NCBI GenBank assembly: GCA_965113315.1
Contig: OZ220368.1
Length of the DNA stretch: 64,000 bases
Reading direction: 5' to 3' (one strand)
DNA from: Podarcis vaucheri
Taxonomy: Eukaryota
The notes under the pieces were generated by a model. The model was not told where the DNA came from and ran no database searches. It worked only from the letters and a program-made list of their open reading frames with translations. The translations under genes were made by a program, and so were the position numbers. Shown here piece after piece: positions 12,101 through 27,100 of this stretch; position 1 is the stretch's first letter, and each line of letters begins with the position of its first letter.

Positions 12101-15100
12101 GAAAGCACCAAGTAACATTTGGAAACTGGAAAAAGCATGATATTACTTAATCCATTCCATGTTCCCCACCTCATACACACACATAAAAGGCACAAAATGC
12201 TGCCAAGAAGAGCTCACAGTGCCTCTGGCATAGCTTATGCCACATCCAGTGGTTAGGAGAACAGCAGCTGATGTCTGCAGCCACAAGCACCAAATTTCCC
12301 AGTCTTTGAAACCCCTAGGAGCTCAAGCAGATCCTGTTTGTAAACAGTCACCCTTTTGGCATGGCCGCACAGAGAAAGGAGGACTGGCATTCCAGTTGAA
12401 CAGTCTGCCAGTTCCATAGGCCAGTGACTAATAGGAAACCTTCATTTAGTACCCATAGGTGATAATTATTACTCTCAGAGCAAAGTGTGATAAATATCCT
12501 TCCCAGAAGCAAAACCCATAACACTATACACAGCATCTGCTAAGGTAAGTAGTAAACGTTACATCAGTGGCTAGAAGCGAGACTGTTTTTTCCTTTCTTT
12601 TTGTTCATTTATTGGAATTGGCTGAAATGCTTCCAGGAAGGTGAACGAGAACGCCACCGTTTAGAACTGGAGCAGGTGTTGGAGCGCATAGTCAAGGGAA
12701 AGGAAGAGAGTGAAAGTGTCTATGAGAGGAAGCTGCTGGAACTACAACAGGAGGTCGTTGCTGTAAAAACACATATGGAAGACGAGCTCATTAAGGCTGA
12801 AAATGCCAAGCAAGAGGTAAAGTTTGATAGGTGCTTTTGACCTAGAGACATCCCCCCACTCCTGCCTTTCTCTTTTGGAACCTTGTGATGGAATGGTATC
12901 TGCAGGAAGCTGTCTCCCGCAGAGCATAGTGATTGGATTTTGTATATAAGGGATGAGACGATCTTTTAGGTATCCTAAAAGCATGGGTGTCGTCAGGTTT
13001 TATGTTGGGGAGGCAGGCTTTATGTTGGGGGATAACCTCAGATAGTTAAGTATTTTTTATTGATTTACTTGTTAGAGGGAGGCAACTGCTCCCCTTAGCT
13101 ATGTCCATGCCTAAAGGTATTATATGGATTGCTTAGGTGTTGTATGAGAAATGATGTATTTTAGGTATTATGTGAGAAGGAAAAAATCTTTTCTCTATCC
13201 ACTTATACTGCACCATGCATAATTTTATGCATCTGTAGCATGTCATCATTATTCACCTTTTCTCTAACTAAAAAGCCCCCATTTTCTGTAATCTTTCCTC
13301 CCAGGGGACCTGCTCCAATCTTTTGATCAGTTAGGAGTTCAGCTGGAATGGTTTAAATTCTCTGCTTGCTAATATCTAGGTGCTGCTAGAAAAAGAGAAT
13401 GAGAAGAAATCATTACAAGAGCTTCACCTCCAAACAAAACAGGAACTCACTAGTACTTGCCAGCAGCTAGATTATCTCCGTCAGGAAAGAAAGAAGAACC
13501 AAGAGAGGGAGCAGGTAGGAGTAGACCAGAGCAGAAAAGCTTATGACATCTACCAAGAATCCAGCAGAAAGCTATGACGCAAATATGAAATAAAGCATAT
13601 TAACATGATAGAAAGTTGGCTCAATGAATGGATAGTTTAGACCAATTACATGGTGTGTGAAAGGTTTTCCTAGGACTATGTGCATAGAATTGATTTCAGA
13701 ACTCTTGCCCAACCCAACCACATTTGATAATGCTTCATTTTTGAAGAACTGCTTGTTGAATGCCTGTTAATTAAGGTTCAGACAGTTCCTGCATTTTTCC
13801 AAAGTTGTGACATGTGATAGAACCAAAAGCAAGGAGATGGGTTCTAATTCTAATGCAAAATTGCATCTTATTAGCACCTATCAAATTTTGGCTTACGTTT
13901 GGTAACTAAGGCATTTATGAAATCCTTACACAAAAGTTTATCCAAATGGTTTTAGACAAAACCATAAATGAAGCTACTTGCAGCTTTTTCTTGTTCTGCC
14001 CTCCATTTTTCCAGTATAATTTGAGTAAGATATATCCAAAATCCGCCACCTTGTTCTTTTTTTAGAGTTCATTTTGATGTCAGTGCAAAGATTTTATCTT
14101 TGATTGCATGCTCCTCATGAACCCCATTTCTCTTTGTAGAATATAATCCTTAATTATGCCCTACATTTCCCCTAGATACTTGGTATGATTTTTAATATGC
14201 TATATTGAAATTTGCATTTTATGTCTGATTCATAATTGTTCATCTTCTTACTGTCATTTATTGATTTTTGACTGAAGTATTAAGTCTTCATCCCACAAGA
14301 TTTGTGGTCTGACTGGTGTGAGATGTAGATCATTTTATCTTGTGCAGCAGTTGCTGTACATGTATTATAATTGCACATTATAAAATAGTTCTCAAACCTG
14401 AACCTTGGAAAATAACTCAACTTTTTTGGCCGGGTGGGGAGTGCAGGATACTTTGCAAGGTTTGGAAGCTAAGCTGAAGGAGGCCCAAAGTACTATAGAA
14501 GCACTAGAAAAGAAGTACAAGGAGGAGCTCAAGTCTCTCAAAGAAGAAATCAACTTTCTCTGTAAACAACGAGACTCTTTGCAAAGTCAGGTGATTTTAC
14601 TTAAAACTATGTTCTAAGCATTTCGTTCAGTGCCAAATATGTGGTTTTTCACAAGCTGCTTCAACAAGTAGAAATGGAAATCTCTTTGTGGGGTAAAACT
14701 AAGTTATGGGAACCTTTCCCAAACCATCGTGGAAAATTACTTGAAGTACTAGGGAAACCAAAAAGCCATTATTTGAAACAGTTTTGGAAAAATTTTGATG
14801 CAATACTCCAAGAAAAGCTATGTGTTTGGTTCTGTATAAGAAGTCATAGGCATGCTAAAAATGTATTCTGTTTCTTTCATGTTACTCAAATGGGGCAATG
14901 TCTCTATCATGCTTATAAAAAAGTCTGGCTTGATTTATGAAGCAAATAAAAAACTGCATTCTGTTAAAGTGGATGTTTGAATTGACATGAAACTCTGTTT
15001 CTTGAAATAAGATGCTTGTATCTATATTATCTCCTCATGTGTACTAAAATAAGTGGATACTGTAACTGCTGCATCTTTGCTGTTCTCCTGTCTATTTCCA

Positions 15101-18100
15101 GGTGCAAGAGTTGCAGTCACAACTACTGACAGAAAAAGATTCTTGCCGTTTGATTAGCCAGGAGGCTCAGCAGCATTTAAGTGACATACAAGAGTTGTCC
15201 AGACAGAAAGCATTGGAAGTTGCACACCTCCAGAAGATGATGGAAGCAGAAAGAAAACTTCGAGAAGAGAGAGAACATCAAAACATGGAGCTGCAGAATC
15301 AGAAAGAAGAGATGGAGCACAGAACCACAGAACTGCATAATATGCTGCAAAGTCAATGGGAGGAAGAACAGCATCTGAACAGAGAGCTGCAAAGCAAGCA
15401 GGAAGAAATTGAGCACCAACGTGCCACAGTTCAGGCCCTGGAGAGGGAGCAGAGCCAGTGGGAGAAGGCAAAGCGCCAGAGTTCAGAGCAGCATTCTGCA
15501 CTCCAGAGGCAGTGGGAGGAGGCAAAATGTCAAAATAAGCAACTGCAAAATCAGAACATAGAGCTGCGGCACCAAAAAGAGGAGGTAGAACGTCAGAATG
15601 CGCAGCTGAAGGCTGTGCTCCAGAGACAGCAGGAGGAAGTGGAACATGAGAGTGTGGTGCGTCAGAACCGTTGGGAGGAGGCAGAACAACGTTATTTAGA
15701 GTTGCAGAGTTGGAAAGAGAAAGTTGAACATCAGAATTCAGATTTGCAGGCCCTTCTCCATACCCGGCAAGAGGAGTTGCAATGTCGGACCATGGAGCTG
15801 CAGGCAAAGCAGGAGGAGATGGAACAGCAGAGCACTGCTCTACAGAAGATGAAGAAGGAACGGACTCAGTGGGAGGAAATTGAACGTCAGAATTCAGATC
15901 TTAAAGTAGCATTGCATGCTTTGGAGCAGAAACACACCAGGTGAGCCCAACTTTCATAATTTATGGGTGGACTAATTGTCTCAAATAGCTATCTCACCTT
16001 CACACACCCGGTGTCTAAACAGTTAGGTATGTATACATAAATTTTCAGAAACTGCACTTTTCAAAGCTTCTCTTGGGCATTAATACTGGGCATTAATTGT
16101 CTACTCACTTCAGATTGCCTGATCTGGAACTTTTGGCAAAAAGGGGTCCTCCTAAAATCCCAGCCTTGGCTGGGATCAAATAGTGCACGGCAGTTGTGTC
16201 TTTCTCACACCACCCTGCCAGCTCTGAGCTGCATTGCGATGCAGGGATCTGATCTGAATGGTTTGCCTGGTGAATCATATCCCAGCCTCACAAAGGAGTG
16301 CAGGGCTGACAGGGCGGTGTGAGCAGCACCCCCCAGAAAAATGCACCCAGGGCCATTGTCCCCAGCCCCCCCCACACTATGCCCCAGCTCTCCACCCCAT
16401 TTATGAAGATTGTAACTGGAATGCCTCCTTTTCACTTAAATCCCCCTTTTTGTCCCATTACATAGAAATTATACATACAAGATATATAGTCTGCACTTGA
16501 GATTATCATTTATTTATTTTTTAATAATTGCAGTGTCTTGTGCACATATGTTGGCACACTGTTTGTTTGCCATAGCCAAGTCTTTCATAAGTGTGTCGTG
16601 TAAGAGAACCAAGGTGAAAAGCCAAGTCTTGTAGTTGCTTGCATCGGGTTGGTTTTTTTTCATTCTGTAATAGAAGTCCTGCTTTTTCCGGTTTCAGTTT
16701 GGCTGCATCCTTGGAGGAGAAGGAACTCAGGCTCAAGAGACTGCAAGACAGTGATAGTGCTCACCAGGGTGAAGTCACCAAATTGAATACTGCACTACAG
16801 CAAGCAGAGCAGCTGCTTGCTGAGCATAGCCGAGAAGAGCAGGAACTCACTAGACAGGTATTACCTGAAAAAAAACTCAATACAGGGTGCAATGCTGCTT
16901 TTTATTTTTCTGCCCTACTGCCAGCCCCCATCTGCTTCACATGGTGTTTCTGTTATATAGCCCCCCTCCCAAACATGGCTTCTTTTCCATAACACACTGG
17001 CTTCCAAATATACATACGTGTGTGTGTGTGTGTATAGAACTCATATTAATACCTGATGCCTGGTCCTTTTCACAAGCAAATTATATCCTTATCTCCTTTC
17101 TATGCAAATTATATCCAGCTTCTCTTCTTTGTTTGGTTGATTATTCACCTGGTGCTAACTTCTTTGCATTCTAGTCCACCATTCCAAAATCATTGCAAGC
17201 TGTGTTGCTTTCCCCCAGATACAATCCCTCAGGGAAATTGTGCTAGAGAAGGAGGCTGCCTTGGTAGCTCATAAGGAGCAGCTTGCCCGGAACCTGGAAG
17301 ACTCCCGTGCTAGTGAGCAGTCTTTGAAGGACTCCATGAAAATGCTGGAAGGTGAAGTATCTCAGCTCCGCCTGAGCCTGAGCAGCACAGAGAGTCGGGC
17401 AGTGGCATTGGCATCGGAATGTCAGCGTGCTTGTTCTGCCCGTTGGGAGGCACAGTCTCACTTGACTAAGCTACACTCGGTTCTGCAGTACATGCTGTGC
17501 AAAAGTCCCGAGGCAAAGCTGGAGCATGGAGGGAGAGGAGACAAAGCTATTCGAAGCTCATTGTTCAGTGCAAAAGGTGAGTCTAATAAGTGGACTACTA
17601 TTATGTCCTTTGCAAGTAAATTGTTGAACATGTGACAGAGCCAGAACTCTGCAATAGGGAAAGGTACCTTTTTGTGTGTGCTTTGGTGCTTATTACTTAT
17701 TTTCTAATATGATGTCTTGAAATGGCACACTTTTTCACGTTGATTCAACTTCAAATGGAGTGGCAAAGTGCCCTAATGTTGCCATCTTTGCCTAAAGCTA
17801 AGATAGTGAGTGACACCTTGCTCCTTTCAATAGCAGTGGTATAAATTGCTTATTTAAGCAGCCCCTGCCAGCATGTGGCACATGTCAAGCCATTGGCTGT
17901 CTCAGGTATACAGGATGGAATTGATCTTTCCTGAGATTAGTTGGAATAGCCCAGAGGAAAGAACAGGCTGCTGTTGGAGGCAGAGCTGACCGATAGCACC
18001 AAAGGTCTTGAGGCCACTTCCTTGTAGGGATGGTACAAGGTTTTGTGTAGAAGGAAAACTCAACTGTGCCAAACAGTTAAGAACCATCAAATGACAGAGC

Positions 18101-21100
18101 AGTGTCAACTGTGTCCTGAGAGTTGAATCAGACACAGAAGATTGGGGTGGTGAGACTGGCCAAGGTGTGTAGATTAGATGGGATGGGAACACTATCATTT
18201 TTCTGTGGAATATTGCTGAAAATAAGTCATAGTGACAAGTCTTGGGCCTAGCTACAAATTACACTGATACCTTGGATTCTTGTTTGTGTGACAGCCCTGA
18301 CATCTTGTGGACTGTGTAGATAATGCACTGGGTATGATAGTTACCCTGTGAGGTCAAACTTTTCAAGAGCTGTGAAGCTGTTGCTTTGTGGGTACTTCCA
18401 CATGGAACCCCTCTGCTGATTTCTTTCCCTTCTCATTCCACTTTTGTCAGAATACAGGGTAGCGTGGCACCATCCCCACCTTTCCAAAGTTATGGTATTC
18501 CATCCGCATCAGTAGGTGGTGCATATCTGAAAGTGCCTATCTTGTTCTTGGTGATTCTTGCCCACTACTGCACCTCACTGAGCATGCACAGAAAGCATGG
18601 AGCAGGGTCTGATTTTTGTAATTGTCCAGCCACAGGAAATGTTTGTCATACAGTTGTACAATTGCCCATACATTTCGTAGTACATCTCTCTTTCTGCACC
18701 TACAGAGTTGGGCTTTTTTTTAATAATAACTGGATGGGACTTGCACCTTGTCAACAAGCCTAGCTTATGCACAGCAGAATTGCCATCTCTTTCTCCTTCC
18801 TTTCAAAGTAAAAGCAACAGATGTGGCTGTTCTGGAAATAAAATGGCTCAGATGTGCCAAACTGGAACCAGGCAGAAGTGGCTATAGAGCTCACCTCAAT
18901 AAATGCCATATGATGTGTCAGAAACTACATTCAAAAATGGAATAGCTTTGCTCTGAAACAGCCGCATCTTCAGAGTTTTCGCATTTATACTGGACTTAAC
19001 AGTAATACTTCGATTCTTCCAAGTTAGGGAGAAACTGCTTTAACAAGGGTGACAAGGTAGGGGGCAGATGGACTGGAATGCATACAATTCAAGCACAAGG
19101 TCATGTGGATCTCCCCACCCCAGAAGTGTGCTCGGGGACACTACAAATATGCAGTAAATAGGAATCCTCTGTGTCTTTTTGCTATATTTTTCTTGGAATA
19201 AGCAGTGTCATACATTATTGGTACTATGTCATGCATCTCTTCCATCTCCCCACCCTTATCTTGCACTGAAGAGTTCTTGCATTACAAGAAAAAGTGAACA
19301 GTAGCAGCAGCTCCATATCTCTTGCAACATGTAATTCTGCCTTCAGTGAAAAATAATCCTAGAATTTTCTATATCTTGCCTAACAACCCTTCAGCTAGAC
19401 GCTGTTACAGAGGAGGTTTATTTCTTCAGAACAGGATAATGGGACGGGACTGTCTTTATCTCAGCTGAAGGACCTTTCTGCTGAGCTTACAGTGGAGAGA
19501 GTGGCAGAAGCTATTCAGGATCTGCGGCAAGAACTCTGGCAGACTCGCCTAGAGCGGGTAATCGTTTCACTTCCTTAAAAAAAATAATCACTGTCCTTTA
19601 TTGGCATCCAAGCTTAAATGATATAGTAAACTTTTGAAGCATAAATACATTTCCCATGGATTAAAATAAAAATAAAAAGCATGTTGTTTCAGCCTTATTA
19701 TTAATCCTCCATGTGGTGCCTAGTATACATTAAGTCAGCCTTGGTCAATCTGGTGCTCTCCAGACGTTTTGGTTACAACTCCCATCAGTCTCAACCAGCT
19801 GATGGTTGTCATCCAACACATATGGAGAACACTAGGTTACCCAAGGCTGCATTAAGCACTATAGTAATAATTATCAGGATGTACCATTGTATTGAATTTA
19901 CTTTTTCGCTTGTTGTGTTTACAAATGAATCTCCAGCTTGCTTAATATAATAATATATGCCATATCTGTTCTCTGTCATACTAATGGTTCTATGTGGCTC
20001 ACTAGGAATGGAGATAAATATATGCCTTAAAAATATTATAGTTGGTTCTGTCCATCTGAATTTTCCGCTGCTGCTTCTACTAAAAAATTCTGAGCTTAGC
20101 AAAACTTGTTGCTCCGTGGTTCAGCTAACATCTGTCCTTTCGATAAACTTTGCTTTTTTTAGTACAACTAGTTAACGGCTGGATATGCAGGAACTCACAA
20201 TGCATTTTCCTATCAAATTGACAAAACTGTGTCCAACAAAAACTGATGACTCTGTCTTCTAAAGCAACTAAGGCAACTGCCTAGGCCTCAGTGTGTTGGG
20301 ATTTTGCCATAGCATCATTTGCTGTGGAGAGAAGATAATTTTAGGAACAGAGGAAGCTGTCATATGTGGAGTCAGACCATAGGTCTATCCATTTCAGTAT
20401 TGTCTACATTGACTATCATGAGCTCTCCAGGGTTTCAGATGGAAAAAAAATCCAAGTTCTATACAACTTTTTACTGTTGACTTGGCCCTAAGATGCTACT
20501 GGAGACCAAGCCATATGATACACAGTTTTATGTAACTTCCCCCTGATGCTTTTTATGTTTAATTTTTTAAGAAAAGTAGTTGGTGGACCCCGTATCTAGA
20601 GTAGAAATTTGGTGGGCGGGGAGGTAGAATAGTGTTTTTCTTAGTAGGCAGTTTTCATCTCAAAATTTCTTCTCACAGGAGAAAAAGATTTTGGAACCTC
20701 TACCTTTTCCTGCAAAAGGAAAAGTGGTTCAAATGGGGCAATTTTTGAGATAAAAACTAGTTGGCGAAGAAAAGGTTTACAGTATACCTTATACAGAACT
20801 CTGTGTGACATATAGTTTGGCCCTGAAAAGGGGGTTTTTTTTCGTAGTCTTTGGGGGTCCCTGGTCTTTCTCCTTATTTTACTGTGCTCTTCATTGGACA
20901 TGCATAGCATACATTGTACCCCTTTCTTTTCTTGCAGGATGAGATGAGAAAGAATTCAGAAAAGCTGAAGCAAGACCTCAGTGAAAAGGAAGCAGAAAGA
21001 GACCGCGTCAGTGCCAAAGCCGAAGAGCTTCAAAAGTGGCTAGATCAAAGCCAAGAAGGTATAGACTCCTCATTTTCACTATGGTGCCTCAGAAGTGTCA

Positions 21101-24100
21101 TAAATCTCCCAGAAGTAGAGATGTCTGCTCAAAAAGTGTAAGCTGGGGGAAATCCACAATATGAAAAACATTAGATGTCAATAAAACGTGCTGTGCCATG
21201 CATAGCAGGGGTTGGAGACAAAAAGATACCCTTTTATGCAGAAAGTTTTGGGTGTAATATAAGAAGGAATAAAGGGAGGTATCCAGCAGCTGCAGGACAT
21301 TACGTTTTTCAAACCAGACATCTACAGTGTTTTTTTTAGAGAAACGGTTCCAAAATATAGTTTCCCTTGCAGGGGGCGGGGTCACTGTTCAAAATAGCTG
21401 CAGCTTGTTATGTTTTTTTGTCTAGTTATGCCATTTCTATCCCACACTTCATTGCCAGGTGCTTTCAGGGTGCATTACATAGTAAAACGCAGATGTACAC
21501 AATAAAATTGAACCAATAAAACATTAAGCAGCATTAAAAGTATTCAAGTATGCTCACTTTAATCTATTCATTGTCATATAAGAATATGTAAGTCTCAAAA
21601 TAATGACCTCTATCTTCACTAGAAGTCTGGAGGAAGAGGTAGATCTTTCACTGGTGCCAAAAACAAAACAAAAAAAAAATACTTTTCTTCTTACATTCTC
21701 CATTTCAGAAAAAAATGTGAAAGAAGGCAGACGAGGCTCCCTAGAGTCTGCCTTGAAGGCAGAGGTCATTGCTTTCAAAGAAGAGAATGTGACTTTGCAT
21801 GGGAAGGTGACTGCTTTGGAGAAGACTCTTGAGAGTACAGAGAAGCAAAGAAAGGATGTAATGGTAAGGCTAGCAGGTGGTCTGCAGAGGTCCAGTTATG
21901 AAATTGGACAGGCTCATGAATATCTGATGGGGAGTGTTACTATTCTTGATGTGAGACAGCATCTATTAGGGATTTACTTTCCTTCTCTTACAGCTTTTGC
22001 AGAGCCATGCCCACTGAACCTACAGCATCCTCTATTTTTTGATAATGCTATACTTATCTCCCACAGCCTGTTGAATGCTTCCAGCTAATTCTTTTGCATT
22101 TAACTGCAGGGACTGAACAGTTTTTGATAAGCAACTATCACTAACACAAATGAAGAAAACCCAGAAGAAATAATAATAAAAATCATAAAATTCAGTGAAG
22201 TGTCATAGTGCTGTAGTCTTCTGTTATTCAGAGTCTGATTTTTAATTAGTGTCTTATGATAAATCAAATAGTTGTTTGCTCCTTGTGTTATTCTGTTATG
22301 GCTTAAAGTTTCTCTCCATCTGGAAGAAATATTGCATGCCCTCTTGTGAACATTTCAGAAAGTTATTCTCAAATAACTTGTCTATTATGTGAAGTGATGC
22401 CACTTCAGCAGACATTTGGTTAAAAAGAGAGGTAATAAATTCGGTTTTTATGTAAAGCTTATGTTGAAAACCATCCTATTTCCTGTTAATATATATAGTT
22501 AACAATAAAAGCAGGGTGGTTCAGCTAACATCATGGCCAGCTTAGCACTCTGCATAAAGAGAGCAAAGAGTTGCAGTTTGCTTCTGCATTTTGAGTAATT
22601 ATATTTCTGTTTCAGAATGAACGAGACATGCTACAAATGGCCAAGGAAAAGCTGACATGGGAACTGGATCTTCTTCGGGAATCTGTCACAGCCTGTGAAA
22701 TTCGAGCAAATGCCATGGAGAAGATGAATCAGTCCCTAGAACAAGAGCTTCAGGCAACTCTCTCCACTCTCAAAATTAAACAGGAGGAAGCAGAGACTCA
22801 ACAAAAGAGATTTATGACTTTGCAGCAAGATGCAGAAGTGCGAAAAGGTTTGCAAGAAAATATGGATTGCCTAACTGTTACTCTAGGAAAAAGAGATGAA
22901 GAAATAAAATCCCTGCTACAACAAAACAGAGAACTGGAGAGGCACAGAGAAGTGCAAAAATCTGCTGTGGAACATCTCACTAAAGATCTAGAAAAGAGAG
23001 AGCAAGAAATTGAATCTCAAAACAAACAGATTAAAGACTTGGGAAAGCAGAATAAAACACAGGAGGCTGCCCTAGAGAGACTGAATATAGATCTAGAAGA
23101 GACACTCCAGAATGTGAAATCTCAACAGGACAAGATCCAAATACTAGAAGACCTGTTACAAAACCAAAGCACTATAATGGAAAGCCTGAATTTGAATCTG
23201 GAGCAAAAAGTCAAAGAAATGAAAATCATGGAGGAAAAAATCCGCATTGCTGAAGAGAATGAGTCAGCACAAATTGGTGCTCTGCTGAAAGAGTTGGGTG
23301 ACTTGAAAATAAGGTTGAGTGAGAAAGATTGGGAACTCGCATCTCAAAAGCAGCTACTTCAAGAACGGGAAGAACAGGGGGGGAAGCGGGAAAAGTCTCT
23401 TCACACCAGCCTAGAACACATGAAGGCCATTCTCAGGAACAAAGAAAGGGAGGTAGAATCCCAGAGGGGACAGATAACAAGATTCCAGCAGTGCGAGGCT
23501 CAGCGTGAGAACCATCTCCATGAACTGCAAGAGCAAGTAAAGCAGATGACATTCATGTTGACCCAGAAAGATCAAGAGCTTGAGTCACAAAAGCAGCAGA
23601 TAAAAGAGCTGGAAGGAGAAATGGAAACAGAACTAAAGGCTCTTCGTGAACTTTTGGGTAAGACAGAGGCATCCTTGAAGGAAAAGAACACGGAGCTGGT
23701 GTTTCAAATGAAACATGAAGAAGAACTGAAAAGGCAGTTAGGAGTTCTGCTTGGAGATGTCCAGCACAGTGCAGCAGTATTAAAGGGGAGAGATGGTAGT
23801 GCAGAGTTTCAGAAAGAGCAAATGCAGCAGCTGAAGCAAGAAGAGCTGCAAGAAGCAACTATTGATATGTTGGAGCAACTCAGGGTATTGCTAAAGGAGA
23901 GAATGCAAGAAATTGAGTCCCTGAAAGAGCAGCAAGAAGAACACAAGGAGGAGAAAGAAAGGCTTGTGAGAGAAATGCAGACAAATCTTGAATTAGCAGA
24001 GCATGCTCAGAGAAATGGTGAGAGGCAGCTGGAGTCCTTCAAGGAGGAGAATTGCCAGCTTAAGCAACAAGTGCAAAAAGCAGCAGCACACACTAAATCT

Positions 24101-27100
24101 CTATTGGAGAAACTGGAGTTGAACAGATCTTCTCTTCAAGACAGAGACAAGGAGATAGAATCTTTACAAGGGCACATAAAGGAACTCCTGAGGCAGAAAG
24201 AATTGGAACAGAAAAGTATAGCGAGCCTAAAGCAGGAGCTAGATAAAATGAAGCAATTAATGTCAGAAAAGGAAGATGAGCTTCACAAGCAGGCTGAGCA
24301 AATTAGCACATACCAGGTTAAAGTAGACGTCACTCTTGCAGAATTACAGGTATGCCAGAATCGGGCATGTCATCTGGAGGAAGTAATTAAACAGAGAGAA
24401 GAAGAATGTGAGAGAGACCACCAAAAGCTTCAGCACCAACACAAGCAGGATGAAAAAGAAGACTTTTTAGAAGATAGGCAGAAAGAAAGGGAGAAAGAGA
24501 AGAGAACTCAAGATGAGAGAGTGCAAAGGCTAATGAAAGATGAGATGAAAGAACTTCTTGAGAACATACAGCATCTTCAACATGCACTGAAGAAAAAAGA
24601 TGGGGAAGCTGAGTGGCAGAGAGAGAATGTTAAGCAGCTGGAAGAGAGAGTTAGAGTTAAAGAGAAGGAATTGTTAACCTGCAGTGAACAGCTGAAGGAA
24701 ATTGTTTCTGCTCTGAAATCGGAAGAGAAGGGAGACTGTAATTTACAGAGCTATATCCAAAAAATTCTTATGTGGAAGGAAGAGGAAGCAGCCAAGAACA
24801 AGTCCCTTCAGGAAAAGGACCAGCAGTTGCAACGGCAAAATGAAAAAATCCAACACTTGGAAGATGAGAAAAGAGTAAAGAGACAGGAATTTGATCGTCT
24901 GACAGCTGTTCTGAAACAGACAGAAAGTGAAGAGATAGAATGGCGCGAGAGAGCACAGAAGCTGGGTTTGTCCCTGGCCCAGAGTGAAGAGGCCTTGAGA
25001 GCCCTGAGAGAAGAAATGGCTATTGTACAGAGCATGGTTTCGGAAAGGGATAAGGACAGGCTTCATCTTCAAGTAAGGATTTTAGTGGTGCTATTTAAAA
25101 ACTCTGCAAGTTGATCTGTTATAACAAAGGGGATTAGACAAATTCACGGAGGATAAGGCTGTGAATGGCTACTGGAATGATGGCTATGTTCTAGCCCCAC
25201 TAATGGAGGCAGCACGTCCCTGAATAGCATGAAATCACAAGTAGAGAGGGTATGGTTGCACTTGTGTCCTGTTTGTGAACTTCCCACAGACATCTGTTTG
25301 GCCGCTATGACAGCAGAATGCTGGAGTAGATGAACCTTGGGCCTCATTCAACAGGGCTCTTCTTACACACTCTATAAAAATAAAGTAAGATTATATTTCG
25401 CGGTATGGTTGTATCTGTCCTTCAGTTCATTTTGTACTTTGTAGTAGGAGACTGTCTTGGCTAGATAGCATTATAAAAATGGGATTTTAGTGAGGTACCT
25501 CTGTGTTGCTCTCCAGATTTGCTGGACTACAACTCCCATCAGGCCTAGTTATTACAGCTAGTGGCCAGGGGTGATGGGAGTTGTAGTCCCGCAACAATGG
25601 GTGGGCACCACCTTAGTTACCCCTGCTCTGGGGTGTAATTAGCAGGATGTGAGTAACTCATAAGATGAAGTAGGAGAGAGAAAGAACCCAAGTAGCTGTG
25701 GGTTGAACCCTGACAGACACATCCACATTTAGATACAGTTCACTTGTGCATAATACTCTAGGGACACAGTAATAACATGTTTAAAAAGTCTGTGTAACTA
25801 CTTGGGTACTTAGGTAAGTGAATAATATGGTTTGTTCCGCAGGAGCAGTTAGATACAGCTTTCAGAGCTCTGGAGGAAGAGAAACTAGTTACTAAAGCTC
25901 TGGCAGGAGATGCAAGTCTGCTACTCAAAGAAAATGACATGCCAGAAGTAAGGCAAAAGGAGGCTGGAAAGGTAAGATAAAGGAACAGGTGGGAAGGATA
26001 CCAAAATAGAGAAGAACACTTGAATTCTGATGTAGAAGGGGCCGTTGTTGAGTTTCCCAATTTATGGCACATGTCTAGTTTAAGGGGCTAATTGCCTGAT
26101 TCTAAAATTTCCAGTAACAATAGTGCTGAGACGAGGTTCTTTCCATGAGAAGGAAAAGACTGTGCCCTATCCATGGAGTAAAGTGTCTGTTCTGCATATA
26201 TATCAATTCCAGTATCTTTTATGGTCCCTTCTTTACCCCACCCTGTTTTCTTCATCATGCAGCATGTGAGAAAGGAGGGAGAGCTGACATGGATAGCTGA
26301 AAGGAGACTCTTATGCAAACGCCTGCAGCTTCTGCAGCAAGCTGTTGCCAGGCTGGAGAATGATAAACATGGCCTAAAGCAGCATAATATGCAGCTTAGA
26401 GGTGCACTAGAGCAGGTGAGATTACAAAAAGAAGAATCAGACTTAGTTCATGTGCCTCCTCCCCATTTCCCGGTGAAATTTAAACCTACCTTATCACTCA
26501 TTGCCCGCCCCTTAAGATACTGTAACGGTGCCTGCTCCTGATTTTTCCAGTGCAGACTTGTACTGCTTTACTGATTTAATGGGCCGGTGATCTTTTTGTT
26601 CTTTTCTCTCATACTCTGTGTTCAGAGATTCGGTGCTTTCTAGAATACCAATGTCCTGTGCGACCTAGCCTGCTCAGCTCCCGTTCTTCAGGTCGTCCAT
26701 TTTCACAACCTTCTTCTGCTTATCCCCGTTTGCCCTGATGATCATTGTCATAATCTCTTTTGTGAATGCCCTTGCCTGCTTTTTCTCTTGTCTTCAGGTA
26801 GAACGTGAACGTAGGAGACTGAAAAGAAGTCATGGAGACCTTTCTCTGAGCTCTGGCCTCTCCCAGGCTGATTCTGACAACCAAAAGGTTCCATCTCTAG
26901 CAAAGGTCTGAATACTTGCATCCCATCCATTATTTTTGTTCTGTAATACCCTGTAATATCTTTTCTTCTGGATATTAGCATGCTGGTCTCTAAACTCTTT
27001 TTCAGTGCTATTGTTGTCTTCAGTTGTCCTTGGATAAATGGAAGAAAAAAATAAATTTCCTCTTTAGTACTTTTCTCCCGTGTTGTAGGCGTCTTGAAAA

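Noticed and set aside
11790-12420. Possible decayed transposase fragment in a CEP250 intron
   Set aside because: No convincing motif, TIR or TSD could be read.
15154-15807. Antisense ORFs over CEP250 exons (also 23553-25072)
   Set aside because: Shadow frames of CAG/GAG-rich coiled-coil codons.
22628-25114. 828-aa ORF as a stand-alone gene
   Set aside because: Bounded by in-phase splice sites (22616, 25072); it is the large CEP250 exon.
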